Made by a program: the position numbers and the translations under genes. A model generated the notes under the pieces. It was not told the origin of the DNA. It searched no databases and was given only the letters and a program-made list of their open reading frames with translations. From Malacoraja senta (lineage: Eukaryota), in the NCBI GenBank assembly GCA_038087875.1, contig CM075990.1, forward strand, positions 8,496,001 to 8,560,000: DNA of 64,000 nt, in the 5' to 3' direction. The stretch's first letter is position 1. Every line of letters starts with the position of its first letter. This document shows, piece by piece, positions 10,049 to 22,449 of the stretch.

Positions 10049-10880
10049 ACCGGAAGTGTAGGCGCTGCCCTGCAGCTGCAGCTCGCCTGCAGTCCATTTG
10101 TCTTTTCTTTTTTTTTGTTTTCTTTTTGTCCTGTTTCAGTTTATTTTAGTTTATTTTGGTTGTGTATGTGTGTGTGGGGGGGGGGTGGGAGAAATGTTTT
10201 TGGTCTCTTCCTTCGGGGAGATGTGACCTTTTCTTGTCGTATCCTCCGTCTCCGTCTGCGCTGAGGCCTCATCGTGGAGCTGGCGGCCTCCAACTGGGAC
10301 CGACCTCGAGGCTCCGGAGGCAGAGCCAGGGCTTTCCAACGCGAGGCTGGCCAACTTCGGGGCTGTGGTGGCGTTGCGGCGGCAGCGACCCGACTTCCGA
10401 CCCGACTTCTGACCTGACTTCGGAACCTCGGAGGCTCAGCCGCGGGCCCATTGGACTTGGCCGCGGGCCCAGTGGACTCGGCCGCGGGCCCAGTGGACGA
10501 CATCGTCGGGAGCTCGCAGGTCCCAGGTTGGTGACCTGTTTTCCGGAGCTCCCGCGGCAACAGCTTCGTCCGCTGGACTGGAGGGCGGCTGAGTTTGAAC
10601 CGGCCCGTTCGCGGAGCTTGGATTCGGCCGCGGGACTTACCATCACCCGGCGGGGTCGCAACATCGGAAGCCTGGATCGCCTCAACGCAGAGGGAGAACA
10701 AGGAGGGAAGAGACAAGGACTTTAAGACTTTTGCCTTCCATCACAGTGAGGAGGACCTGGTGGACTCACTGTGGTGGATGTTAAATCTGTGTTTATTGTA
10801 TGTTTTGTTATTTTATTCTATGCAAGGTACGAAATTTCGTTCAGACTGAAAAGTCTGAATGATAATAAAGGATACTTTTT
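10049..10880 (+). mobile_element. GC-rich non-autonomous retroelement with a LINE-like 3' tail, inserted in a CR1 3' UTR fragment
   Basis: Starts CCGGAAGTG and ends gaaatttcgttcag...gataataaag, resembling the Rex1-like tails in this window. Internal short tandem repeats (ggccgcgggcccagtggac). Shares motifs with 57135-57760. The CR1 UTR host resumes at ~10885. Confidence 0.55.
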
Positions 10881-11084
10881 ACTTTTTAAACCATTTGTGT
10901 ACCTATCCAAATGTATTTTAAATGTTGTTATCGTACCTGACTTTAGTCTGGCAGCTTGTTCCATTTGCCTTCCCCCTCTGTGTGAGAAAGTTGCCCACCA
11001 GGTTCCTATTAAATCTTTCCCGTCTCAATTGAAACCTATGCCCTCTAGTTCTTGATTCCCCTAACTGGAGAAAATGACCATGTG

Positions 11085-11220
11085 CTTCAGTCTGAAGAAG
11101 GGTCTCGACCTGAAACGTTGCCTATTCCTTTGCTCCATAGATGCTGCCTCACCCGCTGAGTTTCTCCAGCATTTTTGTCTACCTTCGATTTTTCCAGCAT
11201 CTGCAGTTCTTTCTTAAGAA
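11085..11220 (+). mobile_element. Penelope-derived repeat with hammerhead-like core
   Basis: ctgaagaagggtctcgacctgaaacgtt at 11092-11119, followed by the shared 3' consensus. Confidence 0.7.
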
Positions 11221-12306
11221 AGATAGGCATTCACCCAATCTTTCTCCCTCATAATGTTATTGTCATTAACTAGCATCTTCTAGTTTGCTATCCACCTGTC
11301 CTTTCTATTAGTTGCTTGGAATAAAGAAAGAAATGAGAGAAAATAATACAGAGAGAAGGAATGTTTACCAAGAGGAAGAGAAACTAAGAAAACCAGGAAT
11401 TATCGTCACCCCTCAAACACTATTTACCTTCACGATTCATATATTATGCTCAGCGAAGGTAGAAAAGCAATGTTTTGTATATATCTTCATTGCTCCTGTA
11501 TTGCACATCCATATTTATAAACTTAAAATGCTGTAGGCTTTTTGCTTATGGATATGCCAACCTGCACTTCCATTGAGTGGATTGACATGGCTATCTCTGA
11601 CAGGACAAGATCAGATGCAAACACATGGCTAATCCCCTGTAAGAGCATCTGAATCCCAGTGTCACTTACTAGTTCTCATTTCTTCTCGTTCCTTTCCCTG
11701 TCCGTGCTGTTTGCTGGCAGCTGCCTCTGTTGTCATGTCACTTGTGCCCTTGCCAGCTTTGCACGTCGTCTAAATGTCAGGAGACGCAGGGAACCGCAGC
11801 TGCTGAAATCTGGAGCGAAACACAGAGTGCTGGAGTAACTCAGCAGGTCAGGCAGCATCTATGGAGGAGGTGGACTGGCGACGTTTCACACCGGGGCCCT
11901 TCTTCAGTCCAAAGACAGGTCCTGACCTGAGACCTTGCTGTCCATTCCCTCCATCGATGTTGCCTGACCTGCTGAATTACTCCAGCACTTGGTGTTTTGA
12001 TCTCAATGTCAGGACTGGTTAAACTGAATCCAGCTCTGTAAATAAACGTGTAGGTATGAGCTCCGATTCTGTACATTGATAAGCTAAAGTAACAGAAGGC
12101 AATTGTGCCCTTCACTCTGGTCCCTCGCTTGGTCACTTTCTCACACCTCTCCTCCCAGGACAGGTTTGTTCCTTTAGAAGCCAGAATCTGATCACCCATT
12201 CTGTTCTTCATTTCTTCATTTGTAGAAAGGTTTCCGCTCCACAGAGTGTGGCTGGTATTTGCAATTCCCAACGTGGGAGGAGCATGTGTCCTTAATGGCC
12301 CATTGT

Positions 12307-12490
12307 GTTTAAGAAGGAACTGCAGATGCTGGAAAATCGAAGGTACACAAAAATGCTGGAGAAACTCAACGGGTGCAGCAGCATCTATGGAGCGAAGGAA
12401 ATAGGCAACGTTTCGGGCCTAAACGTTGCCTATTTCCTTCGCTCCATAGATGCTGCTGCACCCGCTGAGTTTCTCCAGCATTTTTGTGTA
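12307..12490. mobile_element. Fold-back Penelope-derived element with 17-bp TSD
   Basis: Inverted arms. CCTTAATGGCCCATTGT at 12290-12306 and 12491-12507. Confidence 0.85.
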
Positions 12491-12534
12491 CCTTAATGGC
12501 CCATTGTTGGCTGGGGTGAAGATCTCCTAATCAT

Positions 12535-12799
12535 CCGCTTGGGCAGTCTACATCCTGGGGGCTTGAACATTGAATTCTCCCAATTCTGCTAGCCCTTGCT
12601 GTCCCCTCCCCTTCATCAGCCATCTGGTTGTCTCCTCCCCTCCCCCAGCCCTCAGGCTCCTCCTCCGCCTTTTTCCTTTTTTCCTTTCTTCTCCCCACCC
12701 CCTATCAGTCTGAAGAAGGGTTTCGGCCCGAAACGTTACCTATTTCCTTCGCTCCATAGATGCTGCTGCACCCGCTGAGTTTCTCCAGCATTTTTGTGT
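12535..12799 (+). mobile_element. 5'-truncated Penelope-like element: endonuclease C-terminus + 3' UTR + hammerhead-like motif
   Basis: Encodes RLGSLHPGGLNIEFSQF, the end of the PLE ORF (also seen at ~33070-33100 and ~34720-34790). Pyrimidine-rich UTR. CTGAAGAAGGGTTTCGGCCCGAAACGTT at 12710-12737. TSD ATCTCCTAATCAT at 12522-12534 and 12800-12812. Confidence 0.85.
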
Positions 12800-13410
12800 A
12801 TCTCCTAATCATGCCTTGTACATTCTCATCTAACTCATCAACATAACCCACAACCGCAATGGGCCCAGCATCGATCCCTGAGCCACACCATTAGTCACAG
12901 GCCTCGAGTGACGAGCATGTTATCATTGTATAGATGCCAAGTTTGTTCCCATTGGATGGGTACTGGGCATGTTCTTAGTGGATGGACACCAAGCATCCAC
13001 TTGGTGATTTGTTTCTGGTTGGAAGGTGAAGGTATTAAAGACGCCCATCTTGTGACTGTGTAGTCTCCTTCGCAAACTGACTTGCACAAGGTGATGCGCA
13101 AATGACTTGCACAAGGTGATGCGCAAATATATCATTCTTAGCTGCATTGAAGATACATGGATTTTGACAGCTGAATAAGCGGAGCAATAATGCAACCAGT
13201 AATCTGGCTCCAGTGATCAGGCGTTGCTTAGTATGGACTTGATGAGCTGATGACCTCTTCCCATGCTGTATATTTCTGATGTTATGTGTCGTATTGTTAA
13301 TTTGTTCAATGAGACGATTTGCGATGCATTATAGAATATTCTATTAATGGTCACCTAGGTGAAGGCTGAAGGATCTGCAATGTTATTCAAACTGCCCTTA
13401 ATAGAACTGG

Positions 13411-13714
13411 AGTTTAGTTTAGTTTACGATACATCGCGGAAACAGGCCCTTAGGTCCACTGACTCCGCACCGACCAGATCCCCACATATTAACACTATCC
13501 TACACACACTAAGGACAATTTTTACATTTACCAAGCCAATTTACCTATAAACCTGTACGTCTTTGGAGTGTGGGAAGAAACCGAAGATCTCTGAGAAAAT
13601 CCACGGTGAGAACGTATACCTCCGTACAGACAGCACCCGTAGTCGGGATCGTACCCGGGTCTCCGGCACTGCAAGTGCTGTTAGGCAGCAACTCTACCGC
13701 TGCGCCACCGTGCC
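13411..13714 (-). mobile_element. tRNA-derived SINE (V-SINE/HE1-like)
   Basis: The reverse complement has a tRNA-like head (ggcacggtggcgcagcggtagag), a central V-like core (cggtttcttcccacactccaaagac) and an (aaact)n tail. Confidence 0.8.
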
Positions 13715-15059
13715 ATAGTCTCAAGCAATTAAAAAATAAACGACCAGTTCTTAATAGAAACACATGCTGGAAATTTATTCTGATGTAATGTGTTTCTCTG
13801 TTCTCAGCAGTCACCTGAATTCTCAGTATTTCCTGCATATTCTGTTTTAATTTCAGTTCCAGCACCAATAAAGCTTTGCCCTTGCATTGTGACATTAGTT
13901 GTGTTCAGAGCAAGTGCTTCTGAAAACATGGCACATTGGCGGATTGGAAAAAACAGAAAAATTAGTCTTCCCCTTATTCTTCCTGCTCTTTTACAAACAT
14001 TTTATGGAGAATCTGAATATTAAAACCATTTCTCAGATGTCTCATAAAAAATTAATGATTTATAAAGGACGATTTATAAAGGACAGCTACAAAAGATTTA
14101 CAATTCTGTGACTGTCATTGGTACATTTGAATTTTTTTTGTTTGATAAAGAAATGTAGATCAAAACGACGTCTGAAGAAATTGCACATTGGATTTATATT
14201 TAAACTAAACAGCTTAACATTTTATTTTGCAGACTTGCCTTCAAACAAAACTGCTAAGTTGTAGGAATGGATGATATAATGAATACATATTTTCAGTGAG
14301 TGCCTTATTTTGATTCTTTACACACCCTAACTGGATTAAAGAGGTCAATAGCATTCTATTCTCTCAGACTCTCAGACGAATATGTTTTCTTATTCTTACA
14401 GATATATCTGTATGTGCTAGCAATTCATATCAACATTAAAGAGCTAATGTTTCTTTCAAGATGGCAGGCTGCTTTTTTTGCTTTCTGAAACCATCTCGGG
14501 CGAAAAAGTTAAGTGGTCAATGGCAACTGATTGGGAATAGTTGCTGCTTTCTGTCTGTGCAACATAGTTGTCGTACACATAAGGAGATTCAGTCTGCGAG
14601 TTGGAATTTGATTATTTGATAGGTTGACGTGGATAGATTGATGTATTTTATAATAAAAATGGCTTTCAGTGGAGAGAAGGCCAAAAGCTCTTCAGCTTGA
14701 GACTTGTGGGGGAGCTTGGTGTGCTGTTTGTGGTACACCTAATTATTAAAGAACAAAGCATTGGTGCATTTCCAAACATCGCCTCAGGCTTGTAAAGGTC
14801 TAATGAGCCCATGTGCCAATAATTAAAACATTCTCCACACTATTGGGAATCCATGATTCCTCACACCACATGAATTCTAATTATAGCTATGAAAATTGCT
14901 ATAATATGACAAATGCAAGGCTGAATTAGTATGGTTAAACAATAATGACTGGGAATCAGATCAAGATTAGAGATTTATGGATTGAGAAAGATAATACTAA
15001 GAATGTACGGTTTCTTTTGCTGACTGCATTCTCCACTTCCTCTTATCCTGGAATATTGC

Positions 15060-15782
15060 TCTCTCTTTGTCTTTCTCTATCTCTCTTTGTCTTTGTCCTC
15101 CCTGTCGCATTCTCTCATTCCCTCTGTCTCTCTCTCCCTCTTTGTCTCTGCCTCTGTCTCTCTGTCTGTCTCTCTCTCTACCTCTCTTTTTCTCTCTCTT
15201 TCTCTCTAACTCTGTCTCATTCTCTGTCTGTCTGTCTCTCTCAGTCTCTCTGTCTCTGTCTCCCTCGCTCTCACACAAACACACACAATGTTGTGTATCA
15301 TGGTGGAGTTTTTATCTGATTATTACTGCATTCAGCAAGATTGACATCTCTCTCTCCCTCTCTTTCTCTGCCTCTCTGTCTGTTTCTCTCTCTCCCTCTC
15401 TCTCTCTATCTCTGCTTCTTTGTCTCTTTTTCTCTCTGTCTCTCTCACTATCTGTCTCTCTCTGTCTCTCTCTCTGTGTCTCTTCCGTTCTGTCTCGTTC
15501 TCTCACTCTCTGCCTCTCTCTCACTCTCTGTCTCCCTCACTCTCACACAAACACACACCATGTTGTGTATCATGGTGGAGTTTTTATCTTGTTTCTTGTT
15601 TCTTTCTCTGTCTGTCTTTTTCTCTCTGTCTCTCTCTCTCTATCTGTCTCTCTGTCTCTCTCTCTCTGTCTCTTTTGTTCTGTCTCGTTCTCTCTCTCTC
15701 TGCCTCTCTCTCACTCTCTGTCTCCCTCGCTCTCACGCAAACACACACCATGTTGTGCATCATGGTGGAATTTTAATCTAAT
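15060..15782. repeat. CT-rich low-complexity tract with a three-copy higher-order unit (~200-270 bp)
   Basis: The block ctctcacacaaacacacaccatgttgtgtatcatggtggagtttttatct recurs at ~15268, ~15539 and ~15730, separated by (CT)n/(CTGT)n. Confidence 0.9.
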
Positions 15783-16575
15783 TATTACGCTGCATTCAGC
15801 AGGTTTGACATCAACAGCCTGCATTTTGCACAGAATTATGCCTATAATGTGCATTTTTATGTTAGTATTTCTGACACTATTTTGTGGAATAATTACCTAC
15901 CTACACAGCAAACCTTTATACCCTGTTTGTGATTCATGTCTTTTCATAGGCCCCACACAACAGTGTCTCTATGCTGCAAAAATTGAACGAACTAATGTCC
16001 AGACAAAGGTAGAAACAAAATGCTGGAGTAACTCAGTGAGGCAGGCAATACCTATGGAGAGAAGGAATGGGTGATGTTTCGGGTCGAGACCTTCTTCAAT
16101 CTAAAGAAGGATATCAAATCGAAACATCACCCATTCCTTCTCTTCAGAGATGCTGCCTGTCTCACTGAGTTACCCTGGCATTTTGTGTCTAGCTGATTAG
16201 GGATAGTCAGCCTGGCTTTTCACATGGGAGAGCTTGATTGAGTTTTTTGAAGAGGTGACCAAGAGAATTGAAGAGGGCAGGGTAGTGGGCATTAGACATG
16301 AGCCTTAACAAAGCCCTTGACAAGGTCCACCTTTGGTAGGCTGGGCCTGAAGATTTGAACTCATGGAATCAAAGATGAACTGTTGAGGGATCACCAGTGG
16401 CCAGAATACTGGGAATAATTCCCTAACTCTTTGAATAGTGACATGGGATTTTATTCTATTCCCACTATAGAGGAGAGGTGTAATCAATGCTTTATCTTAA
16501 AGAAAGTAACTCCTTTCCTTTGCTGACCCAGCATTTGTGTAGCTGGGCTAGTTAAATCAATGGTAATCCCCACAA

Positions 16576-17138
16576 ATATGAACACAAAATGCAGGAGTAA
16601 CTCAGCGGGACAGGCAGCATCTCTGGAAAGAAGGAATGGATGACGTTGCAGGTCGAGACCCTTCCTCAGACTCACGACCCGAAACGTCACCTATTCCTTC
16701 TCTCCAGAGATGCTGCATGTCCTGCTGAGTTAAACCCCTGTCCCACGGTACGAGTTCATTCCAAGAGTTCTCCCGAGTTTGCTCTGATTCGAACTTGGAG
16801 ATTTACGGTAATGGCCACTCGTCGGTACTCGGGGCTCTCGTGGACATTTTTCATCATGTTGAAAAATCTTCACGAGTCTTCCCGTGCTTACCCGCCGTTA
16901 GCGAGTCTTCCCGAGTACCTGCCGTTAGCGCTAAGAGACGTCCCAGAGCTCCGAGGTACCCGCTACGTTCATTCTCCTTGCTTACCACGAGTTTGATTTT
17001 TTTAACATAAAATACTAACATAAAAACTCGGGAGAGCTCTTGGAATTAACTTGCACCGTGGGACAGGGCTATTACTCCATAATTTTTGTGTCAATCTTTG
17101 GTTTAAACCAGAATCTGCAGTTCCTTCCTACACATTTC
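16576..17138. mobile_element. Fold-back Penelope-derived element with 13-bp TSD, interrupted by a Harbinger MITE
   Basis: GTAATCCCCACAA at 16563-16575 and 17139-17151; inverted arms. Confidence 0.8.
16733..17071. mobile_element. PIF/Harbinger-type MITE
   Basis: TIRs AACCCCTGTCCCACGGTACGAGTTCATTCCAAGAG / CTCTTGGAATTAACTTGCACCGTGGGACAGGGCTA. TTA TSD at 16730-16732 and 17072-17074. Confidence 0.88.
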
Positions 17139-18060
17139 GTAATCCCCACAACGTTGATTCTGCAGCGTTCAGCAATGTGCTGCCTTCAGATTCTGTTGCT
17201 GCAAGTTTGTGAAATCTGAGCCACACTCTTGTCAAAAAATAAGTGAGGGTTGATGGTCTGTATGTTGTCTAACCTTTGTCTCAGCTTAACATCCCAATCC
17301 TGTTGTAACTCTGCAATGGAAACAGATCATGTCAGATATATCTGCCAAAAAATTGAAACACCAATTTAGAATTTTATTTTGACATTCTATTTGCTGCAAT
17401 AAGTTTCCCATTTCATGAAAGAATAGTCAGAGCTTGCTTTTGTCTGTAGGTGAGGATCCCAACATATAGTGAGTAGCCTAGGATTCGAATGGGCCAAATG
17501 CTAGCCTACACCAGCGCACCTCCATGTAATAATCCCTCCCATGCATTTACTTTGCTTTAGTGTATTCTCATGTGTAACGAGGTGCAGTGAAAAGCTTTAT
17601 TGTTGCATGCTCTCCAGTCAGCACAAAAACTATCCAGAATTACAGCCAAGCTCTCCACATTGTACGGATACAGGATAAAGGGAATAATGTTTAGTGCAAG
17701 ATAAAGTCCGGGAAAGTCTGATTAAATATAGTCCTATGGTCTCCAATGGGGTAGACGGTAGGTCAGGACCGCTCTCTAGTTTGTAATAGGATGGTTTAGT
17801 TCCTGATAACAACTGGGAAGAAACTGTCCCTGAATTTGGAGTTGTGCATTTTCACAATTGATGTGTTTCCCAAAATCATTTGATGTTTAATATAACGGGA
17901 CTTCCACTCAAAAAATAAACCAACAGTGTTCTAAACCTTTACACTTTGGTATTGATTTTGCTGGAATTTTTAAATTAGTAGCCAGAACTGCCCAACACAA
18001 TCAGCTGCACAAGATTCAACACCAATTACTTCTTGGCAGGTTTCAGAGGCTCACGAAAAG

Positions 18061-18290
18061 GGCAGCACCGTGGTGCAGCTGGCGGAACTTTTGCCTCAGC
18101 ACCAGAGACCCAAGTTCAATTCCGACCTCGGTTGCTCTCTGTTTGCACGTTCTCCCTGTGAACGCGTGGGTTTTCTCCGGGTGCTCCGGTTTCCTCACAC
18201 ATCCCAAAGACTTGCTGGGTTGTAGGTGAATTGGCCTCTGTGAATTGCCCCTAGCGTGGAGGGAGTGGATGAGAAAGTGGGATCACATAG
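18061..18290 (+). mobile_element. tRNA-derived V-SINE copy (3' truncated)
   Basis: tRNA-like head; core gggttttctccgggtgctccggtttcctcacacatcccaaagac. Confidence 0.75.
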
Positions 18291-19160
18291 AACGTCACCG
18301 ATTCCTGCTCTCCAGAGATGCCGCCTGTCCCAGTGAGTTACTCCAACTTTTTATGTCTATCTTCTATTTGTCTAAAGATCGGTTTATTGACCATTGATTG
18401 AATTGATGATGATTTAATTGATTACCTCCCCAGTCCATCTCGCAGACAAATACATGGCTTTCCCCAATGAGTAAAAGCATTGCACGTCATCAGGTCTCAT
18501 CTTCTCATCTGTTCTAAAGTGGTACAGCACAAATCTGTGCAGGAGACACATGGAAGTGCAGATGCTGCAATCATGAGCAAAGCACAGAGTGCTGGAGGAA
18601 CTCAGTGGGTCAGGCAGCATGTGGGGAATTGGAAGGCAACGTTTTGGTTTGGGATCCTTCTTCAGACTGATAGGAATAGGGGGAGTGGGGGAGTGTGCAG
18701 TTAGCCAACATCTCTTCCGGATGCTGTACACCATGCTGCTTCACCTTTCTCCAACAGTGAATGGGAAAGCATGGCATTTTGGACACTGAGTTTAATTTCC
18801 CTGGTGGAGTTTGTCATGCAGAAGGACACAGAGAAACAGAGACATCAGATTACACTTGTTTTCCATTCACGGGGGGGGGGGAAACAGCTGCTGCATCTGT
18901 AGCCTCGGGCATTATTTTTGTAACAATGAGCAGCTTTCCAGCCTCTTATCAAAATGATCTCATATCTTTGTCAGAAGGGCTGTGGGTTTTGTTAACATGC
19001 CATTTATATAAGTCAGTGCCCAGAGAACATTTATTGAACCGACTTTCAGATTTGGTCTCCTTCAACGATACTGACTATGAAAATGCTGTGGGGTTGTGAC
19101 AGCGACGTTTACACCACAAAACACCCAGCACTTAACACAGCAACACCACAATATACGATG

Positions 19161-19361
19161 TGTTTAAGGAGGAACTGCAGATGCTGGAAAATCGAAGGTA
19201 GACAAAAGAGCTGGAGAAACTCAGAGGGTGCAGCAGCATCTATGGAGCGAAGGAATAGGCAACGTTTCCGGCCAGAACCCTTCTTCGGCCCGAAACGTTG
19301 CCTATTTCCTTCGCTCCATAGATGCTGCTGCACCCTCTGAGTTTCTCCAGCACTTTTGTCT
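19161..19361. mobile_element. Fold-back Penelope-derived element with 16-bp TSD
   Basis: ACCACAATATACGATG at 19145-19160 and 19362-19377; inverted arms. Confidence 0.85.
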
Positions 19362-19829
19362 ACCACAATATACGATGCACCACCACAACTTACTGTTCTA
19401 AATTGGGATAAATGTAAACATTTTGTAAAATGCAATTCAGCCTTACAATTAATATTAGTCATGTGAAAATTGTTAAATTATGAAGAATTAAATATGCTGG
19501 CAGCCTCAAATGGAAGGAGTTTCTCAGTGAGATATGGCAAGTTGTTCATATATTCACATTCCTTATGATACAGAAGGAGGACATTTGGCCCATTGAGTCC
19601 ATGTTGGCTTTCAGACCCTTCCACTCAATCCCCTCATGCTCCTTTTCATTTCCCTGTAACCTGTTATTTTACACGTCCCTTTAAACCCCCCCCACCCCCA
19701 CGCTTGATTCTCGTACCAATCACCTGCACCATTGGTAATTACATTGCGCCCAATTAACAGACCATCCAGGATCTCTTTGGAAAGTGGGAGGAATCCAGAG
19801 TACCCAGCGGAAACCCACACGGTCAGATC

Positions 19830-21326
19830 CATGTGCCATGCATCTGCCCACTCACCCAACTTATCCAAGTCACCCTGCAGCCTCATGCCATCCTCCTTGC
19901 AGCTCACACTGCCACCTAGCTTTGTGTCATCTGCAAACTTGGAGATGTCACATTTGATTCCCTTGTCTAAATCGTTAATATATGTTGTCAACAACTGGAG
20001 CCCAGTACCGAGCCTTGCGGCACCCCACTAGTCACTGCCTGCCATTCTGAAAATGACCTGTTAATTCCTACTCTTTGCTTCCTGTCTGCCAACCAGTTCT
20101 CTATCCATGTCAATACCCTACCCCCAAATACTATGTGCTCTAATTTTGCACACTAATCTCTTGGTTGGGACCTTGTCAAAGGCTTTTTGAAAGTTCAGAC
20201 AAACCACATCCACTGGCTCTCCCTTATCCATTCTACTAGTTACATCCTCAAAAAATTCCAGAAAAAGTCAAGCATGATTTCATAAATCCATGCTGTGACT
20301 TGAGGCGCACTCGTCGTGGTGTCTCTGTGACCATCTGACGGAGGAGGTGGGATTCACTGGTCTGTGCCTTTCAAGAGAGGGCCAGCGTAGCTGCTTCTCG
20401 TCTGATGTTGGCCGGGGCGATGCCAGTGAGGACGGGCAGTTGGTCTACTGGGGTGGCTCGTAGGCATCCGGAGACAGTCCGCAGGGTGCTGTTGAGGGCA
20501 GCATCCAGCTTCTTGGCGTGAGGGCTATGGCACCAGATCGGGGGCGCAGTACTCGGCGGCTGAGAACACCAGGGCCCACTGTGGACATGCGCAGTGTCTT
20601 CGTCGTGGCTCCCCATGTGGTGCTGGCTAGGCGGCGAATCAGTGCGGCACGGGCGTTTGTCTTTGCCTTGCCACCTTCAAGGTGTTGTTTGAATGACCCC
20701 TTTGCCACGCAAGCCCAAGAGCTGCTCTGCACAACACCGGCTGACGCATCTAAGGCTGCCTGGGTCAAGACGAGATGGAGAGACCAGTGGAAGTCAGCGG
20801 AACCATCTAGGCTACACCATTACATCGATGACCCCATGGACGTCCCTGGCCAGGACCTGCCCCGAAAGCAGTGGACAACCCTCAACCGCTTGAGGACAGG
20901 CATTGGACGCTATGGAGTAGCGATGAAGAGGTGGGGCCTCATGGACAGCGCCTCCTGCGAGTGTGGGGACCCAACACAGACAGTGGAGCACATAGTCACC
21001 AGTTGCCCCAAACACCGGCCACCGAATGGTGAACGAGGTCTGATTGCACGTCTGAAGACACGTTGGCCTGGCTCGCCTCAACGGAGCTGCAGGTCTAAAA
21101 GACACACGACAGAAGAGAAGATAAATCCATGCTGACTTTGACCGATCGTGTCACTGTTTTCCAAATGCGCTGCTATAACATCTTTAATAATCGACTCCAG
21201 CATCTTCCCCACTACCGATGTAAGGCTAACTGATCTATAATTCCCTGTTTACTCTCTCTCTCCTTTCTTAAAAAGTGGTTACATTGGCCACCCTCCAGTC
21301 CACAGGAACTGATCCAGAGTCGAGAG
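19830..21326 (-). pseudogene. CR1-type LINE RT fragment (decayed), split by an Ingi/Vingi-like insertion
   Basis: YINDLDKGIKCDISKFADDTKLGG (19611-19994 ORF); closely similar to the CR1 at 40621-41300. Confidence 0.88.
20296..21120 (+). mobile_element. Ingi/Vingi-like LINE 3' fragment with 5' inversion and 14-bp TSD
   Basis: TSD ATAAATCCATGCTG at 20282-20295 and 21121-21134. Minus-strand part (20296-~20696): LIRRLASTTWGA..AEYCAPIW..LPVLTGIAPANIRR. Plus-strand part: PGQDLPRKQWTTLNRLRTG..CECG..QTVEHIVTSCP. GAA-type tail. Clade assignment is from motif memory. Confidence 0.8.
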
Positions 21327-22449
21327 AGCTAGTATTTAAGAAGAATAAGCAATAAGAATAAACCAAATCCGCCTGCTCTAGCAAGCGGATATGAAAGATT
21401 GTTTAGCTCTGCTTTGAAGAAGTGTGTGAAAATTAGCCCTTGTGTCTTGGGCAAAATTGATCTCTCGATCAACTTTGTTAAAGCAAAGATTATCTGCCTG
21501 CAATTACATTGGTGTTTTGGGACCTTGTTACATGCTGTTTTGCTGCCATGAGTCCTATTGTGAAATGCTTTAGGATACCTTGAACAGGTTGTGAAAGGCA
21601 TTATAGAAGTAAACAAATATTTTCAGTTTATCCAAATGTGTTTCAAAATCTGTTGGGGACATCTTGAAATTCAGTTGCCTTGGTTATGTATGGAAGCAAA
21701 TATATGGACTGATGTAAATTGATAGCTGAATAAAAGCACAATGTATCCTTGATCATATTTCCCTGCTGATAGAACATACACTTTGGCCCTTCAAGGCAAT
21801 GGCAGATGAGTGCAATCCCATTCCACAATTACTTCTGCTGTCATCTATTCTCTTCTCCTTCTGGTCAACTCCCCAGAGTTTACCAATCACATTAGGTACC
21901 ATTTACAGAGGCCTGTTAATCTACTAACCTGCACATCTTTGGGATGTGGGAGGAAGCTAGCGTAATCAGATGAAACCAACATGATCGCTCAGAGAACTTG
22001 CAAACTCCATACAGAAAGCACCCAAGGTCAGATTGAACCTGCATCACTGATGTTGGGGGGCAATGGTTCTGTACCTGCATCTCCTTCCTAGCCGTGGCTC
22101 CTCTTTCCTGTAACACGTTCCCATCTGAAAGACTAGCAGATGCTGGTTTACACTGAAGATAGATACAAAATGCTGGAGTACTTCGCGGGACAGGCAGCAT
22201 TTTGGATACATGAGTCTCAAGAAGGGTCTCAACCCCGAAACGTCAGGCCCGTACGAAGCTTTCCAAAAAGGGGGTGGCATGACAGGATTACAAAAAATGT
22301 AATATGACGAAGCGTGAAGTCCCTCGATGCCAGTGTCTAGGGCCCACTTAAGGGCCCTGGAAGCTCTGGGATTTTAGATGCTCTCTGATGCATTCTGAGC
22401 CTTATTTTGGAGCATTTTTGCACCAAATTTATGACCAATATTTCAGAAA

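Noticed and set aside
13078..13127. 25-bp perfect tandem duplication (tgacttgcacaaggtgatgcgcaaa x2)
   Set aside because: Simple local duplication with no associated structure.
14945..16074. Ser/Leu-rich ORFs up to 335 aa
   Set aside because: Translations of CT low-complexity sequence.
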